Of a stretch of 64,000 nt of DNA, positions 39,794 to 48,652 are shown in pieces. The notes under the pieces were generated by a model. It was not told the DNA's origin and did not search any database. It saw nothing but the letters and a program-made list of their open reading frames with translations. The stretch is from Vulcanimicrobiota bacterium. Its GTDB lineage: Bacteria > Vulcanimicrobiota > Vulcanimicrobiia > Vulcanimicrobiales > Vulcanimicrobiaceae. Location of the stretch: assembly GCA_963695225.1 (NCBI GenBank), contig OY968762.1, positions 2,624,001 through 2,688,000 on the forward strand, given 5' to 3'. Positions within the stretch are counted from its first letter, which is position 1. Each line of letters starts with the position of its first letter. The translations under genes and the position numbers were made by a program.

Positions 39794-42700
39794 CTACTCG
39801 CTCGCCGCAGCGCTCAACTGTTGCTTGTACGTCGCCAGTTCGACATCGCCGTCGAGTTCATTGAGCTTGGTCTTCAGTTGTTGCTCGAGATCGGCGTCGG
39901 CCCACATCCCTCGGCGGTTCGTATCGAGGAGGATCTCGCCGAGATCGCGCGTTTTGTGCGGGTTCGCCTCGGCGATGCGCGCCCACTCGTCGAGGGTCGT
40001 CTCGACAGTGCGTTTCCACAAGTCCGGGGCGATCGTGTCCCCGAGCGCCGCCTCCGTCGAGCGCATTGCTTTGAAGATGTCGCCGAATTCCATCACGCCC
40101 GAGTAGCCGTGTTCCATCATCCGGTCGCGCCACGATTTCGAGAGGAAACGCGTGAGTACGCCGTTGACGACGACGTTGCGGAAGTTGCGGACCTTCGGTT
40201 CGCGCTTCGTGAGATCGCTGACGACGATCATCGTATCGCCGTGCCCCATCGCGCGCTTCGCCGCGCCGAACGCGGACGTGAAGGAGGCGAACATGTCTTC
40301 CTTGACGGGGCCGCCCGCGGCCATCTGGATCAGCGGCTGCTGGATCACTTCGACCTTGTGCACGAGGTATCGCTGCACGTCGGGTGCCGGCGTGACCAAG
40401 ACTTGCGCGAACTGAGGGATGAACGCGTTGCAGTTGTCCGACATCCACGCGCCGCCGATATCGTTGTAGTCGCCGAAGTTCCCCGTGTCGAGCATCGCGC
40501 CGACTTGCCCCATGAAGGCATCCTCGGGCATCCCGAAGCAGCGCGCGCGGGCGAGCGCCGGCTCGATTCCTTGAGCGATCAACTCGTCGCTGTGCTTCTT
40601 GACGTAGTTCCACTCGGGCGGCTCGTCGGCTTCGGCGGCGAGCGCGGCTGCTTCGTGGATGAGGCGGATCGCGCCGGGGAACGTGTTCTTGAAGACGGTT
40701 GATGCGTTGGCGAGCACGTCGATGCGCGGGCGCCCGAGTTCGTCGAGCGAAACGAGCTCGACGCGTTCGGAGCGATTGAAGCGATCCTTCGCGACGCGCG
40801 CGCCCATGAGGTCGAGCGCTTGCGCGATGCCGACGCCTTCGCTCTCGAGGACTTCGGAGCCCCACAGCACGACGCCGACCGCCGCCGGGTAGTGCCCCCG
40901 TTCGGCGACCGCCGCGGCGAGGATTTGTTCGACGGTGCGCTTGCCCTTGCGCTGCGCGGCCTCGCGCGGCAGCATCCGCACGTCGGTCGAGGCCATGTTG
41001 CGGCCCGTGGGAAGGACGTTCCAATCTCCCGCGATCTCGCCGCCGAGCGAGGGCTCGATGTATTTCCCCGCGAGGCAATCGATGAGCCCGCGACGCTCGG
41101 CTGCGGCGACGCTCCCGAGGTTTTGCCAGAGAACGCGCGCCCGTTCGATGAAACCGGCGAGTTGCTCGAGCTCGTACGGGCTCTTTTGCAGCGAGCGTCC
41201 GGCGATCGGCCGCGCTTGCAGGATGCCGAGGAGCGCCGATTCCCCGACCTTCCCGGCGGGGCGGAGGATCTCGCCCGAGATGAGCGATTTCCCGGCCTCG
41301 CGCAGAGCTTCGAGGATTTCGTGATTGTACGTGCCGTCCTCGGCCCGTTTCTCCGGACGGCGATTGAGTGCGTCGTAGTCGAAACCGTAGCAGCTCGCGA
41401 GCAGCCGGTAGAGATCGACGTCGCAGTACTCGAGGCATGCGAGGAACGTTTCGTGGCGGTCTGCCTCCGCCAGGTCGCGCCCGAACACGTGCTGGCCCGC
41501 CGGCGTGAATGCACCTTCGATCGAGACGAGCTCGTCGTGCACCTTCGCGACGAAGTCGCGGTTTGCGCCGCCCGGCGATTCGATGCGCAGTCCCGTGCGC
41601 CCGACGACCTCTTCGATCTCGGCCGCGAGATCGGCGCGTTTCTCCAACTCTTCGGAGTTCGCGTTATAGTAGTCGTGAACGAGCCGGTGCAGGTTGCGGA
41701 GATCCTCGCTCCCTTCCACGATGCGCAGCGGCGGGCAGAGGTGCGAGAGGATCGTCGCGTACGAACGGCGCCGCGCGATCGAGGCTTCGACGGGATCGAG
41801 GATGTTGAAGATGTACGCGTGCGGGCAGCCGTCGACGAGGAACTCCGGATAATCGCCTGCGGCCGGGGACCATTCTTTTCCGCGGCTCCACTCGACGAGG
41901 CCGTGCGTGCCCACGTGGACCATCGCGTCCGCGTTGAAGCGCCGCGTCGCGTAGCGATAGCTCGCCAGCAGCCACGGAGAAGGCGGGGCCTGTTTGTCAT
42001 GGATCGCCGAGAGATCTTCCATGCCGCGCATGTCCTGCAGCAGCACGAGGATGTTGCCGAAGCGCAACCCCTTGATCGGGATCGTCGACGGCGGCCGGCC
42101 CCAGGCTTCATAGAAGAGCGCTTCGTATTTCGGCGGGAGGTCGCTCGCCCAATCGCGGATCTCGCTGCCGGAGACCGCTCCGACCGTCAAGTATCCGGCG
42201 TACATATCTTGCAGTTTCCGGGAGAAGGCAGCGTCGTCCGCGCACGTCTCCCCGACGGTGTAACCCTCCGCGCGCAACGTCTCGAGCATCGAGCGCAAGC
42301 TTCCGGCGACGTCGAGGAAGTACGCGACGCCGACGTTGCCGGGCCCGGGCGGGAAGTTGTAGACGAAGAAGGCGACCTTCTTATCGGCGTTCGCGAGCCG
42401 GCGCAAGCGCAGCCAGCGCGTGGTGACGTCTCCGAGCAGGCGCAGGCGGTCGGGGATGGGCTCGAGCGCGCTGACGTCGGCATCCGTCGCCTCGCGCGAG
42501 CAGATCGGCGGGAGCGGCTGAATCCCTTCGGTCTCGGGCGTGACGACGTTCCCGATGTATTCGAGCGAGGTGACGCCGAACTTCGAGGCGGCGAGGTCCG
42601 CCCGCGACATTGCGGCGTTCACCGGCGACGTGTAGACCCGCGGGCTGCCGAGATCGCGGATGAAATCGATCGACGCGTCCGGAGAGCCCGCGAACATCGA

Positions 42701-43690
42701 ACCGGCGAGGTAGAGCGGAACGTTGTGATAGACGGCGCCAACGAGCGGCTCGTGTGTCTTCGTGCCGAGCAGGTGCCGGCGTGCGACGACGTGCGCGTTG
42801 AAGACGGCCGTCATCGAACAGATCACGCCGAGGCCCCGGCCCTCCCACTCCGCGATCGCGCCGTCGAGGACGGGATGGTTCCAATCCGGCAGGAACAGGT
42901 CGTGCGTGATGAAGCCGACCCGGTCCCATGGCGCCTTTCGGTACGTCGCACGGTACCAAGGCTCGTACCAGGCGAGATAGGCCTCGGGGGTCTGGAACAT
43001 CCCCACGTGCGCGGGGTGGTAGATGCCCTCGTTCTCGACCTTCTCCGGGAGCGGCACGTCGCCCGCGTAGGCGCCGTTCATGAAGTGCTTCATGAGGTAG
43101 AGGAACATGTTCGCGACGTTGTCGACCGAGCGGTTGTTCCAGTAACCGATCATCACGAGGGACTTGTAGACGGGCTTCTTCATGAACTTCGCCATGAGGG
43201 GAGCCGCGCCGACCATCTTTTGCATCCCGAGGAAGCCCTCGCGCGCCTCCCAAAACACGTCGATCTTCTCGTTCTTCGCGAGCGCGCGATAGCGCTTGAT
43301 CGCCATCGACATGTCGCGCATGGGGTTCGATTTTTCCATGTTGAAGCTGAAGCCGAGCGATTTGAACATCAGCGATTGCAAGCGCGGATCGGGGATGTCG
43401 TACCAGAGGAATTTGAGGTGGGCGAGTTCCCCCTTCGCGTCCATGTCGACCAGGAGCGCCGCGATGCGCTCGACCATGTCGACGGACATCGACTGCCACC
43501 CGACGAGGACGTCTGCCGCCCGGATCGCGGCGCGGAAGCGCCCGATCGCCCGGGGATCGTTGAAGTCGGAAGCCCCGTAGTGCTCCAGCGACCAATCTTG
43601 ACCGGTCTTTTCGCGGAGCGGGCGGAAGGCCAGCCGCATAGCATTAGCGCGCTCATCAGGCGCCCAGGACGAATACCCGACGATCTTCAT
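39794..43690 (-). CDS. bchH: Magnesium chelatase subunit H (CobN/BchH family), divergent
   Basis: 1298 aa; YNFPPGPGNVG.A..LDV, HVGTHG, A.IARRRSYA, LPTGRN, VLWG, LGRPRIDV, MMEHGYSG motifs; bchH (vs cobN) favoured by bch context and the shared promoter motif. Confidence 0.75.
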   Translation of the reverse strand: MKIVGYSSWAPDERANAMRLAFRPLREKTGQDWSLEHYGASDFNDPRAIGRFRAAIRAADVLVGWQSMSVDMVERIAALLVDMDAKGELAHLKFLWYDIPDPRLQSLMFKSLGFSFNMEKSNPMRDMSMAIKRYRALAKNEKIDVFWEAREGFLGMQKMVGAAPLMAKFMKKPVYKSLVMIGYWNNRSVDNVANMFLYLMKHFMNGAYAGDVPLPEKVENEGIYHPAHVGMFQTPEAYLAWYEPWYRATYRKAPWDRVGFITHDLFLPDWNHPVLDGAIAEWEGRGLGVICSMTAVFNAHVVARRHLLGTKTHEPLVGAVYHNVPLYLAGSMFAGSPDASIDFIRDLGSPRVYTSPVNAAMSRADLAASKFGVTSLEYIGNVVTPETEGIQPLPPICSREATDADVSALEPIPDRLRLLGDVTTRWLRLRRLANADKKVAFFVYNFPPGPGNVGVAYFLDVAGSLRSMLETLRAEGYTVGETCADDAAFSRKLQDMYAGYLTVGAVSGSEIRDWASDLPPKYEALFYEAWGRPPSTIPIKGLRFGNILVLLQDMRGMEDLSAIHDKQAPPSPWLLASYRYATRRFNADAMVHVGTHGLVEWSRGKEWSPAAGDYPEFLVDGCPHAYIFNILDPVEASIARRRSYATILSHLCPPLRIVEGSEDLRNLHRLVHDYYNANSEELEKRADLAAEIEEVVGRTGLRIESPGGANRDFVAKVHDELVSIEGAFTPAGQHVFGRDLAEADRHETFLACLEYCDVDLYRLLASCYGFDYDALNRRPEKRAEDGTYNHEILEALREAGKSLISGEILRPAGKVGESALLGILQARPIAGRSLQKSPYELEQLAGFIERARVLWQNLGSVAAAERRGLIDCLAGKYIEPSLGGEIAGDWNVLPTGRNMASTDVRMLPREAAQRKGKRTVEQILAAAVAERGHYPAAVGVVLWGSEVLESEGVGIAQALDLMGARVAKDRFNRSERVELVSLDELGRPRIDVLANASTVFKNTFPGAIRLIHEAAALAAEADEPPEWNYVKKHSDELIAQGIEPALARARCFGMPEDAFMGQVGAMLDTGNFGDYNDIGGAWMSDNCNAFIPQFAQVLVTPAPDVQRYLVHKVEVIQQPLIQMAAGGPVKEDMFASFTSAFGAAKRAMGHGDTMIVVSDLTKREPKVRNFRNVVVNGVLTRFLSKSWRDRMMEHGYSGVMEFGDIFKAMRSTEAALGDTIAPDLWKRTVETTLDEWARIAEANPHKTRDLGEILLDTNRRGMWADADLEQQLKTKLNELDGDVELATYKQQLSAAASE

Positions 43691-43725
43691 GGCCCCACGC
43701 TACCGCTGAGGGATTCCGAAGAGCC

Positions 43726-43739
43726 GTGATAGGTGTCAC
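43726..43739. promoter_or_regulatory. Crp/Fnr-type palindrome upstream of bchH
   Basis: GTGATAGGTGTCAC; 23 nt from minus-strand TAGCGT at 43697-43702, which lies 6 nt before the ATG. Confidence 0.85.
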
Positions 43740-43758
43740 TCAGAGGGGCGGGGCGCGC

Positions 43759-44064
43759 TCAGCCCGTCGGGCGCTCCGATGAAGCGGCGGGGCTCCGCAA
43801 TTTCCTACCGCCCGCCGCACGCTGAAGCGGCGAGAGCTGGGAGGCGAGGTCGCGGTACATGTGCCGCATCGCCTCGACGAACAGCGAGCCGACGCGGCAG
43901 ACGCCGTCCCCCGAGAGGCGCAGGCCTACCCAAGGAGTCCCCGCGTGACGCTGCACGAGCAGATAGGTCTGATCCCCGACGGCGTAGATCGCGAACTGCT
44001 CGGATTCGGCGATCGGCTTCATGCCGGCCACCATTCCTCGGTCGATCTCTCCGATGAATTCCAT
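43759..44064 (-). CDS. Hypothetical protein (101 aa)
   Basis: AAGGGA SD before ATG; globular-looking sequence; no recognised domain. Confidence 0.65.
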   Translation of the reverse strand: MEFIGEIDRGMVAGMKPIAESEQFAIYAVGDQTYLLVQRHAGTPWVGLRLSGDGVCRVGSLFVEAMRHMYRDLASQLSPLQRAAGGRKLRSPAASSERPTG

Positions 44065-44271
44065 GTCGGCATCCCTTCGCGTGGTCCGGTGCGGCGCATC
44101 GTCGCGTCCCCGTCTCGCTTCGCATGACTAGCGTGCACATGAAAGAGTTTCCGGGGCCGAAGAATTGCGCTCGCGCCGAAGACGATGCGCATGCGAACGA
44201 CCCGCTTGCTAGCTACGCGCTTGCTAACAAAGGGCTACAATGAATAGACGCATTGCAAAACGGCATCTTTC

Positions 44272-44308
44272 GACGAGTTCAGGATGACATCGTCATCCTG
44301 AACTCGTC
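44272..44308. repeat. Perfect 17-bp hairpin (REP-like doublet, possible terminator for the histone-like gene)
   Basis: GACGAGTTCAGGATGAC-ATC-GTCATCCTGAACTCGTC, 20 nt downstream of the stop at 44329; no adjacent U-tract. Confidence 0.7.
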
Positions 44309-44328
44309 CGTCTACGTCGCCTTGGTTG

Positions 44329-44649
44329 CTACGCCGTCTTCCTTGCTGCGGCTTTGCGTGGCGCCGCCTTGCGCGCGGTCTTACGAACCGCGGCCTTGCG
44401 TGCGGCCTTCTTGCGCGGAGCAGCTTTGCGCGCGACCTTCTTGCGCGCGGTCTTCTTCGCCGTGGCCTTCTTGCGCGGAGCGGCTTTGCGCGCGACCTTC
44501 TTGCGAACGGTCTTCTTCGCCGCGGCTTTCTTACGCGGCGCCGCTTTCTTCGCGGTTCTGCGGGTCGCGGTCTTCCGGGCGGCCGTCTTTTTTCTGACCG
44601 TCTTCTTTACGGCCGCCTTCTTGCGCGGTGCAGCTTTCTTCACTGCCAT
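44329..44649 (-). CDS. Histone H1-like Lys/Ala/Arg-rich repeat protein
   Basis: MAVKKAAPRKKAAVKKTVRKK... with 20-aa (60-bp) tandem repeats. Confidence 0.85.
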   Translation of the reverse strand: MAVKKAAPRKKAAVKKTVRKKTAARKTATRRTAKKAAPRKKAAAKKTVRKKVARKAAPRKKATAKKTARKKVARKAAPRKKAARKAAVRKTARKAAPRKAAARKTA

Positions 44650-44734
44650 CCTGTGTGGGAGTCCTTTCTCGGACTGCCCCGTCTGACGACGGAGCAAGCC
44701 TGATCGTCAGGTAATTAGGACCCTTATACCCTAA

Positions 44735-46624
44735 TTAGTGCGTTTTAGCAACAACGTCGCTGAGCGCGAAGTACCGTCCGCGCGCCAATTCGGCGATTTC
44801 GCGCATCAAGGGGCACGCCTCGTATTCGTCGAGATTGACGCACGCGACGTTCGCGCGTCCGGCGAGCGAGCTTGCGATATGACGGCATTGTTCGGCGGCG
44901 ATCACGCCGAGCTCGCCCGCGCGCTGCTCCGCAAGCGCCCGTTGCAAAAGGGATTCCCCGCCGAGCGGCACGTTCGCGCGTCCGTCGCTGAACACCGCGA
45001 CGTCGATCTCGGCACCTGGATTCGCTCGGCGGAACCGCTCCGCCAACCTGCGCACGTGCTCCAACGCTTCGGGGAGCGGCGTCATCGCTCGAACCGCGCC
45101 GGGCTCCAAATCGGCCAGCCGCGAGGCGACAAGGTCGACGTTCCGCCCGGTGTGCTCGTCGACGACGACCTCGGCGTTAGGCCCCCAACAAGAGATGAGC
45201 GCGGCCCGCTCGCGCTCCGCATAGATCGGGCGCAGCAACTCCCGGCCGGCCGCGCGCACGAGTTCGGCGCTCCTCTGCGTCGAGAGCGATGCATCGACCA
45301 CGAGAATCGAAAGACGCTGCGGCGCGGCCGCTTCCAGCGGCGCTCTCGCTTCCGCCCCGATGCCGGCGCGCTTTGCGGCGGCGCGGTCGACGAGCGTTGC
45401 GGGGAGATCGAGCTTCCCGTTCGCGCCGAGCGGAACGCTCCCGACGGGCTGCCCTTCTTGCAAGCGTTGCGGCCGCGCTTTGAGCGCGCGCTTCTCGGTC
45501 AACTCCGGAGCGACGACGATCTGCGCCGCACTCTCGTCTCGGCCGTCGTCCGGCGAGCGATCGTTCGCGCCCTCTCCGAGCGTGGCTTCGAGGGCCGCCG
45601 CGATCGCGGCATCTTCGGCGAGATGTTCCGAGAGCGCCTCGACCTTCAAACGGCTTCGACGCAAGCGCGCGGCGAGGGGGAAGACGCGCGCCACGTCGGA
45701 GGGTTCGACGGCATCCCGGCCCTCCCACGCGGCGAGCGCCGCCGCGCTTTCAAGCGCGACGAACTCGGTGCGATGGCTGTCGATGCCGAGTCGCGCGACG
45801 GCTTCGATCGCGAGCGCTTCCGCCGCGAGCGGGACCGTGATTGCATCGACGCGTTTGACGGCGGAGGCGAGCCTCGCGCGCAAGCGTCTCGTCTCAGTCT
45901 GCCGGCTTGCCACAAACGCTGACGGATCGCGCGCGTACGCCGCGTTGCGCCGGTAGACCTCGAGCCGCTCCTCGAACTCTCCCGCGGCGCGCACGAAGAC
46001 GCGCAAACCGATACGATCCGTGATCTGCGGACGCAACTCGCCTTCCTCCGGATTCATCGTTCCGACGAGCGTGAAGCGCGAAGGATAATCGATCGCGTGC
46101 TGGCCGCGCTTGACGTGGACGACGCCCATCGCCGCCGCGTCCAACAGCGCGTCGACGACGAGATCGGAGAGCAAGTTGATTTCATCGATATAGAGCAGAT
46201 TGCGGTTCGCGCGCGCCAGCAAGCCGGGGCGAAACGCGATCTCGCTCCGTTCGAGCGCCGCGCGCAGATCGATCGCGCCGACGACGTCGTCGAGTTGCGC
46301 GTTCACCGGCAGCTCTACGATCTCGCCGCGCGATCTGCGCGCCGCGATCCGCTCTCCGCGCTCGCGCGATCGCGCGCACGCCTCGCATAGGCTCGTCCCT
46401 ACGGGATCGCAGCCGTACGGACACGTCGCGCGGTCGAGCGCCGGCAACAATTCGGCGGCGGCGCGAACGAGCGTCGTCTTCCCCGTTCCCTTGGGGCCTG
46501 AGAGGAGCACGCCGCCGATGCGCGGATTGATCGTCGTCAAGAGGAGCGCGAGCTTGGCTTCCTCTTGCCCGACGATCGCGGCAAAGGGATACGGCGCGTA
46601 CGCCGCGCGAGCGTCCTTCTTCAT
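44735..46624 (-). CDS. bchD: Magnesium chelatase subunit D-like (AAA+ I-type domain plus vWA)
   Basis: YPFAAIVGQ, GPKGTGKT, PGLLARANR.LLYIDEINLL, MNPEEGELRPQ; vWA VVDASLS, TPL, SDGRANVP. Confidence 0.8.
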   Translation of the reverse strand: MKKDARAAYAPYPFAAIVGQEEAKLALLLTTINPRIGGVLLSGPKGTGKTTLVRAAAELLPALDRATCPYGCDPVGTSLCEACARSRERGERIAARRSRGEIVELPVNAQLDDVVGAIDLRAALERSEIAFRPGLLARANRNLLYIDEINLLSDLVVDALLDAAAMGVVHVKRGQHAIDYPSRFTLVGTMNPEEGELRPQITDRIGLRVFVRAAGEFEERLEVYRRNAAYARDPSAFVASRQTETRRLRARLASAVKRVDAITVPLAAEALAIEAVARLGIDSHRTEFVALESAAALAAWEGRDAVEPSDVARVFPLAARLRRSRLKVEALSEHLAEDAAIAAALEATLGEGANDRSPDDGRDESAAQIVVAPELTEKRALKARPQRLQEGQPVGSVPLGANGKLDLPATLVDRAAAKRAGIGAEARAPLEAAAPQRLSILVVDASLSTQRSAELVRAAGRELLRPIYAERERAALISCWGPNAEVVVDEHTGRNVDLVASRLADLEPGAVRAMTPLPEALEHVRRLAERFRRANPGAEIDVAVFSDGRANVPLGGESLLQRALAEQRAGELGVIAAEQCRHIASSLAGRANVACVNLDEYEACPLMREIAELARGRYFALSDVVAKTH

Positions 46625-46708
46625 CGAGCCATCCTTACACGTCCCGTCGGGCGCGCCTGCGCGGCGACCCGCGGGAGATCGCGCGGCGGAGCGGAATGAG
46701 CGGGAGCG

Positions 46709-47500
46709 ATGCAAGTAGCCGCCGACGATGCCGTTCTCGACGTGCTCGATGAAGGGCACGGAACTCCGCTCGTTTTGTTGCACGGCTTTCCGCTTGCGAA
46801 GGAGACGTGGGATCCGGTCGTTCGCTTGCTGCGCGGGCGCGCGCGGATCGTGCGGCTCGATCTGCGCGGGCTCGGCCGCTCGAGCGTCGCGCGGCGTGCG
46901 TTTTCGCTGGAGCACGTCGCCGCGGACGTTGCCGCAGTGCTCGATCACCTTGCGATCGAACGCGCGATCGTCGCGGGGCATTCGCTTGGAGCGATGGTCG
47001 CTTGGTCATTGTTGCGGATCCGGCGCGAGCGCGTTGCGGGACTCGCCGTCGTCTGCGGCCGCTGCGACGGAGCGGGCGAAAGCGAGACGGAGACGCGCGA
47101 AGCGCTTGCCGCCGTTGCGGAGGGCGAGGGGATGGAGCCCGTCGTCGAGGCGTTTCTGCCGCGCTATTTCACGCCGGAGTTTGCCGAGGCGCACCCGGAA
47201 CTCGTCGCGCAAACGCGGGCGACGATCGAGGGCTGCGATCCACGCGGCGCCGCAGCGATGCTGCGCGCGATGGCGCACCGGCGCTCCCCCGAGGACCTCT
47301 TCGCCGAACTCGCGATCCCGGTTGCGATCGTCGCAGGCCGGGGCGACCAGATACTCGCCGCCGAGTCCCTGCAAAAGGTCGCGGACGAGATCGCGGGGGC
47401 GACCTTCACGCTCTTGGATTGCGGCCACTTCCCCCTTTACGAGGCGCCCGAATCGCTTGCGGCGGTGCTCGGCGCGCTGCTTTCGCGCACGCCGCTCTGA
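46709..47500 (+). CDS. Alpha/beta fold hydrolase
   Basis: LLHGFP, DLRGLGRS, GHSLG, GHFP motifs. Confidence 0.9.
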   Translation: MQVAADDAVLDVLDEGHGTPLVLLHGFPLAKETWDPVVRLLRGRARIVRLDLRGLGRSSVARRAFSLEHVAADVAAVLDHLAIERAIVAGHSLGAMVAWSLLRIRRERVAGLAVVCGRCDGAGESETETREALAAVAEGEGMEPVVEAFLPRYFTPEFAEAHPELVAQTRATIEGCDPRGAAAMLRAMAHRRSPEDLFAELAIPVAIVAGRGDQILAAESLQKVADEIAGATFTLLDCGHFPLYEAPESLAAVLGALLSRTPL

Positions 47501-47526
47501 GCTTCGCCGTCCGGCGGGGCCGGACG

Positions 47527-48651
47527 TCACGCGGAAGCGGTGCCGGCGGGTACGCGCGGGAGGATCGTCGGCTGGGCGTTGCGCAAGCGCAAGCCCGAGA
47601 CGTCGGCGGGGTCGGAGCAGGTTTCGATCCAGCGCGCGCGGGGGAGCAGCCCGACGCGATCGTGCGGCTGGAGCATCAACTTGGCGTACTGCACGAGTTG
47701 ATTGCCCCAGCGGGCGTAGCGCATGACGGTCGCGCCGGCTTTTCCGATGCCCGTTGCCGAGCGGCCCCGCTTGTTGCGGCGGTTGTTCTCGGCCATCGCG
47801 CGCAAGCAGGCGAGGAAGTACTTGGAATCCGTGCGGATCGCGAGGCCCCATACGCCGCGGGCCGCGATCTCCGTCTCGCGGATGACCTTGAGATCGTATT
47901 CCTCCCAATCGATGCCGAGCTTTTCGTAGACGCGCGCCTCGGAATCGCGCAGGTACATCGTGATGTAGACGGCGAGCGTGAAGAACTTGACCCCGAGTTG
48001 CTCGAGCCCGCCTGCGTAATAGTGCGGCTGGCTGCGCATCATCAGCGCGAAGAAGCGGCTGTGCCGGCGCTCGTCCTTGCACCACGCGTCGAAGTAGTCG
48101 AAGATCGGATGGAACTTGAACGCGGGCTGCTTCTTGAGATGATCGCTGATGTTCTGATAGCGGTAGTATCCGACCAGCTCGGAGAGGTAGGTGGTGACGA
48201 AGATCCAGCGCGGGTGCATGTATTGCAGCTTCTGCATCTTCGGGAGCCGCCCGAGATCGAACGGGCGGCCCATGTCGCGCATCACCCAATTGAGGAACGA
48301 GGCGTGGCGCCCTTCGTCGCGCGACATGCATTTGTAGATCGCGGCCAGCGTCGGGTCCGCCAACTTACGGTACACGTCGGCGTAGAGGAGGCAGCCCGAG
48401 AACTCGCCGATCGACGAGCGATGGAGGAACTCGTAGAATTCGTCCCAGAGCGGCTGGTAATCGATTCCCTTGACGTCGGGACCCCACTTGAAGTGAGCGC
48501 GATTGTAATCGGCCTCGAAATCGCGCCGCAACTCTTCGAACTCCGCCCGGCACGAGTCGATCGAGAGGCGGTTCAGTTCTGCGATGTCGGTGCGATAGAG
48601 ACGCGGAGCAAGCAGTGACTGCTTGCCCGGATCGGCGAGCGGCGAGTCCAA
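47527..48651 (-). CDS. acsF: Aerobic Mg-protoporphyrin IX monomethyl ester oxidative cyclase
   Basis: LLAPRLYRTD, DYNRAHF, EFSGCLLY, RDEGRHA, YLSELVGY.RY, WCKDERRH di-iron motifs. Confidence 0.95.
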   Translation of the reverse strand: MDSPLADPGKQSLLAPRLYRTDIAELNRLSIDSCRAEFEELRRDFEADYNRAHFKWGPDVKGIDYQPLWDEFYEFLHRSSIGEFSGCLLYADVYRKLADPTLAAIYKCMSRDEGRHASFLNWVMRDMGRPFDLGRLPKMQKLQYMHPRWIFVTTYLSELVGYYRYQNISDHLKKQPAFKFHPIFDYFDAWCKDERRHSRFFALMMRSQPHYYAGGLEQLGVKFFTLAVYITMYLRDSEARVYEKLGIDWEEYDLKVIRETEIAARGVWGLAIRTDSKYFLACLRAMAENNRRNKRGRSATGIGKAGATVMRYARWGNQLVQYAKLMLQPHDRVGLLPRARWIETCSDPADVSGLRLRNAQPTILPRVPAGTASA

Positions 48652-48652
48652 A

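Noticed and set aside
40820..43729. Long antisense or alternative-frame ORFs (e.g. 969 aa here, 856 aa at 51262-53832, 700 aa at 35319-37421)
   Set aside because: Shadow ORFs expected at high GC, opposite well-supported genes; Arg/Ala-rich with no motifs
44329..44649. CRISPR-like or tandem DNA repeat array
   Set aside because: 60-bp periodicity is explained by coding repeats of the histone-like protein; no unique spacers or cas genes
45450..45700. Programmed frameshift in bchD producing a BchI-sized product
   Set aside because: AAA and vWA domains are in one frame and I see no poly-A or other slippery run in the linker
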